DNA from: Pseudomonadota bacterium
GTDB lineage: Bacteria > Pseudomonadota > Gammaproteobacteria > Burkholderiales > Burkholderiaceae_C
DNA length: 64,000 nt
Direction: 5' to 3'
Assembly (NCBI GenBank): GCA_021783695.1
Contig: JAJXTO010000012.1
Location: 9,857-73,856 of the forward strand
Shown piece after piece: positions 61,441 through 64,000 of this stretch. Position numbers and translations under genes: made by a program. The notes beneath the pieces were generated by a model, which saw only the letters and a list, made by a program, of their open reading frames with translations, was not told the origin of the DNA and did no database searches. Position 1 is the first letter of the stretch, and each line of letters starts with the position of its first letter.

Positions 61441-61500
61441 GGCAAAACCGCGCAACGCCTGCCGCGCACCGCACAGAATGCGCCCAAGGAGAGTCTGCCC

Positions 61501-61968
61501 ATGCCAAGCCCGCTTCGTTTCGACCGCAAACGCCACCGGGGGTTCACCCTGATCGAGTTGATGATCGTCGTGGCGATCGTCGCCATCTTGTCGGCCATTG
61601 CGATTCCGGCCTATACCGCCTACGTCGCCCGCAGCAAGCTGACGGAAGCGTTTTCCGGGCTGTCGGGCATGAGCGTGGCGGCGCAGCAGTATTACCAGGA
61701 CAACCGCTCCTACCTGGCGCAAGGTGGTAGTGCCACGACCTGCCCGGTGGCTGCACCGGCAAACGGACAGAACTACGGCTTCAGTTGCTCGAACGTCAGC
61801 GCCACGACCTTCCTCATCACGGCAGCACCCATCAACGGTTTCAATGGTCCGTCCTACACCATCGATCAAGCTGGAACAAAAAACACCGTGGTGCCCCCTC
61901 CTTCCGGCTGGCAACCCCCTAGCGGCGGCCAGCAATGCTGGGTGCGAGACCAGTCTGGGGACTGCTGA
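61501..61968 (+). CDS. pilE: Type IV minor pilin, PilE-like
   Basis: RG|FTLIELMIVVAIVAILSAIAIPAY..YV.RS; QQYYQDNRSY. Confidence 0.85.
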   Translation: MPSPLRFDRKRHRGFTLIELMIVVAIVAILSAIAIPAYTAYVARSKLTEAFSGLSGMSVAAQQYYQDNRSYLAQGGSATTCPVAAPANGQNYGFSCSNVSATTFLITAAPINGFNGPSYTIDQAGTKNTVVPPPSGWQPPSGGQQCWVRDQSGDC

Positions 61969-61969
61969 C

Positions 61970-62467
61970 ATGCGCCGCCCTCAGCGCCCGCACAGGGGCT
62001 TCACCCTCGTCGAGATGATGGTGACCATCGCCATCGCCGCCCTGCTCGGCGTGATGGTCGTGCCCAATCTGATCGACATGGTCGATTCCGGCAAGACCTC
62101 GGTGCTGGTCAACAAATTCCCGCAGGACGTGGCCTGGGCGCGCAATCAGGCGGTGACGACGCAGCAAGCCGTGTCGATGGCGCTGTCCAGCAGCAGTTGC
62201 GACTGGCAGACCACGGTGGGCGCCGGCACCGTGGCCGAGCATTCGATGAGCAATGCCGCCACAGAGTACCCGGGCGTCCAGTGCAAGATCACCAACCCGC
62301 CGGCCAGCGGCACCCTCTTTTTCACGCCGCAAGGCCTCGTGACCGATGGGCCGGGTGGCACCCCCGCTTCGCCGACCATCACCGTGACCGCCCGGCAGGG
62401 CCAGACCTGGATTCTTCAGATGCTGGGCTCCGGCACCGTCATTCTCAACAGCAACACCGCGTCATGA
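61970..62467 (+). CDS. FimT/FimU (GspH-like) minor pilin
   Basis: RG|FTLVEMMVTIAI...VP; AR..AV; F.PQG. Confidence 0.85.
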   Translation: MRRPQRPHRGFTLVEMMVTIAIAALLGVMVVPNLIDMVDSGKTSVLVNKFPQDVAWARNQAVTTQQAVSMALSSSSCDWQTTVGAGTVAEHSMSNAATEYPGVQCKITNPPASGTLFFTPQGLVTDGPGGTPASPTITVTARQGQTWILQMLGSGTVILNSNTAS

Positions 62468-62994
62468 CCGTTCCTTCGCCCCTGCACCCGCCACCCCGCC
62501 GCCCCTCGGGGCGCCAGCACGGCATGTCGCTCATCAGCGTGCTGGTCGCCATCGTCATCTTTTCTCTGGGCATGCTCACCATCGCGTCCATCTACACCCT
62601 GGCTGTCCCGGCCATGACCGCCAATGCCGAGGCGATGGATACCGCCGCGTTTGGCAATCAGTTCTGGAGCGCGCTGCAGGCCAACCCCGGCATCCTGAAC
62701 GCCATGTTCGGCGCCCAGCCATCGGCTGGAACCCAGGTCACCTACAGCCCCAGCAGCTACACCAGCGCGCCCTCCGCGCTGCAGCCCATGCTGAGCAATC
62801 TGTTCAGCCCCTCGCACATGAATCTGCCCAATGCCAGCGTGACCATCACCGCGCAGAACGGCGCCGACGGCAACCCCTGCAGCGCGCCCACGCCGCCTGC
62901 ATCCCCGCTTTGCGGCGTCACCCTGCTGATCAACTGGGCGCCCTCCTCCGGCGCCCAGCGCAGCCAGACCTTCAACTATCAGGTGGGGTTCTAG
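62464..62994 (+). CDS. PilV-like minor pilin
   Basis: QHG|MSLISVLVAIVIFSLGML; position between the fimT-like and pilW-like genes. Confidence 0.75.
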   Translation: MTVPSPLHPPPRRPSGRQHGMSLISVLVAIVIFSLGMLTIASIYTLAVPAMTANAEAMDTAAFGNQFWSALQANPGILNAMFGAQPSAGTQVTYSPSSYTSAPSALQPMLSNLFSPSHMNLPNASVTITAQNGADGNPCSAPTPPASPLCGVTLLINWAPSSGAQRSQTFNYQVGF

Positions 62995-62996
62995 AC

Positions 62997-64000
62997 ATGA
63001 CACGACCCCCTGACTTGTTGCGGGCGTCTTCCTCGGGGAGGAACGCCGCGCGCGCCCCGGCGCCGCTGGGCCGCCAGCGCGGATTGAGTCTGATCGAACT
63101 CATGATCGCCCTGGTCATCGGCCTGATCTTCTCGCTCGCGGTGCTGCTGGTGCAGGCGAGTCTCACACGCCAGAACGTCCAGATGTCGGACGTGACACTA
63201 CGAGACAACCAGGCTAGAGCCGCCCTCGACCTGGTCACGCGCGATCTGAGCAACGCCGGCTTCATGCTCGGCGGCGTGCAGTCGCGCTGCAGCATCACGC
63301 TGGCCTACAACAGCAGCCTGACGGCGACACCGTTCTTTGCGCAGTACCCCGTTTCCGCGGCCTCGCAGCCGCTGGCGCTTCCCACCAGCACCACGCCACT
63401 GCCGGCCAATACGCCAGACCCCAGCGCCTATGGCAATGCCAAGAACCAGTTCACCGACATGCTGTTCTTCACCGGCACGGACACGGCGCTGCAGGTTCCC
63501 ACCAACGGCAATCCCGCAACCTATGTGGTGCAGAACTCCACGACGCAGGCCGCCGCGGGCGGTGGCGCCATCAACAGCAGCACCCTGCCGCTGGGCTCCA
63601 CCGCGGGCATCAGCCCGGGCGATGCGGCGCTGCTGCGCATGCCGCTGAACGGCAAGCTGGTGTGTTTTCGCACGCCCATTTCCAACGTCGGCCCCAGTAC
63701 CTCGCCATCTTCGACCTATGTCGATAGCAAGAGCACCAATCTCTTTCCCTCCACCGGCTACTCCGCCTTCAATGGCCAGTTGCAGAATGCCGGCATCCTG
63801 CCAGCCGGAACCAGCCTGAGCAATGCCAACTTCATTCAGGCCCGCCTGACCGATCTGGGGTCATCGAGCGCCACCACGCAGCGCACCATCGCCTACTACA
63901 TCGGCAAATACGCCGACGCCAGCGGGGGCAGCTATCCGGTGCTGGTGCGCGCCATCCTGAATTCGCAGACCGACGCGCTGATCTCCGCCAACCCGGTGGC
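62997..64000 (+). CDS. PilW-like minor pilin, partial (runs off the window end)
   Basis: Manual translation MTRPPD...RQRG|LSLIELMIALVIGL...NQARAALDLVTRDLSNAGF. Confidence 0.82.
   Translation, partial: MTRPPDLLRASSSGRNAARAPAPLGRQRGLSLIELMIALVIGLIFSLAVLLVQASLTRQNVQMSDVTLRDNQARAALDLVTRDLSNAGFMLGGVQSRCSITLAYNSSLTATPFFAQYPVSAASQPLALPTSTTPLPANTPDPSAYGNAKNQFTDMLFFTGTDTALQVPTNGNPATYVVQNSTTQAAAGGGAINSSTLPLGSTAGISPGDAALLRMPLNGKLVCFRTPISNVGPSTSPSSTYVDSKSTNLFPSTGYSAFNGQLQNAGILPAGTSLSNANFIQARLTDLGSSSATTQRTIAYYIGKYADASGGSYPVLVRAILNSQTDALISANPV

Overview
GC-rich betaproteobacterial chromosome segment. Gene content and synteny point to Burkholderiales, possibly Thiomonas-like (inference only). Most of the window is core genome: gltB (5' part), cbpA-cbpM, rhlE, a FimV-like gene, RegBA and QseBC-type two-component systems, bdhA plus patatin, recG-oxyR, a heavy-metal RND efflux system, dgt-aroB-aroK, pilMNOPQ, mrcA, cyaY, lptM-lysA, msrPQ, system II cytochrome c biogenesis, cytochrome c4, engB, groESL with a CIRCE box, and the start of a minor-pilin operon. 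No rRNA, tRNA, CRISPR array or intact IS was seen. The most unusual items are: (1) a co-oriented cluster of four membrane proteins each carrying a CxxC-x10-CxxC zinc ribbon, with a permuted NlpC/P60 amidase and a PlpD-like patatin/barrel protein (50266-58904); (2) an intact RAYT/HUH transposase homologue that has lost its catalytic residues but keeps its GGGGACAG-type inverted repeats in the gltB upstream region; (3) a His-rich leader ORF ending in a RAPP-like QAPP motif ahead of the metal efflux operon; (4) a low-GC Ig-domain lipoprotein between pilQ and aroK with a G10 tract right after the lipobox; (5) an exact 14-mer found three times, always at convergent gene junctions.
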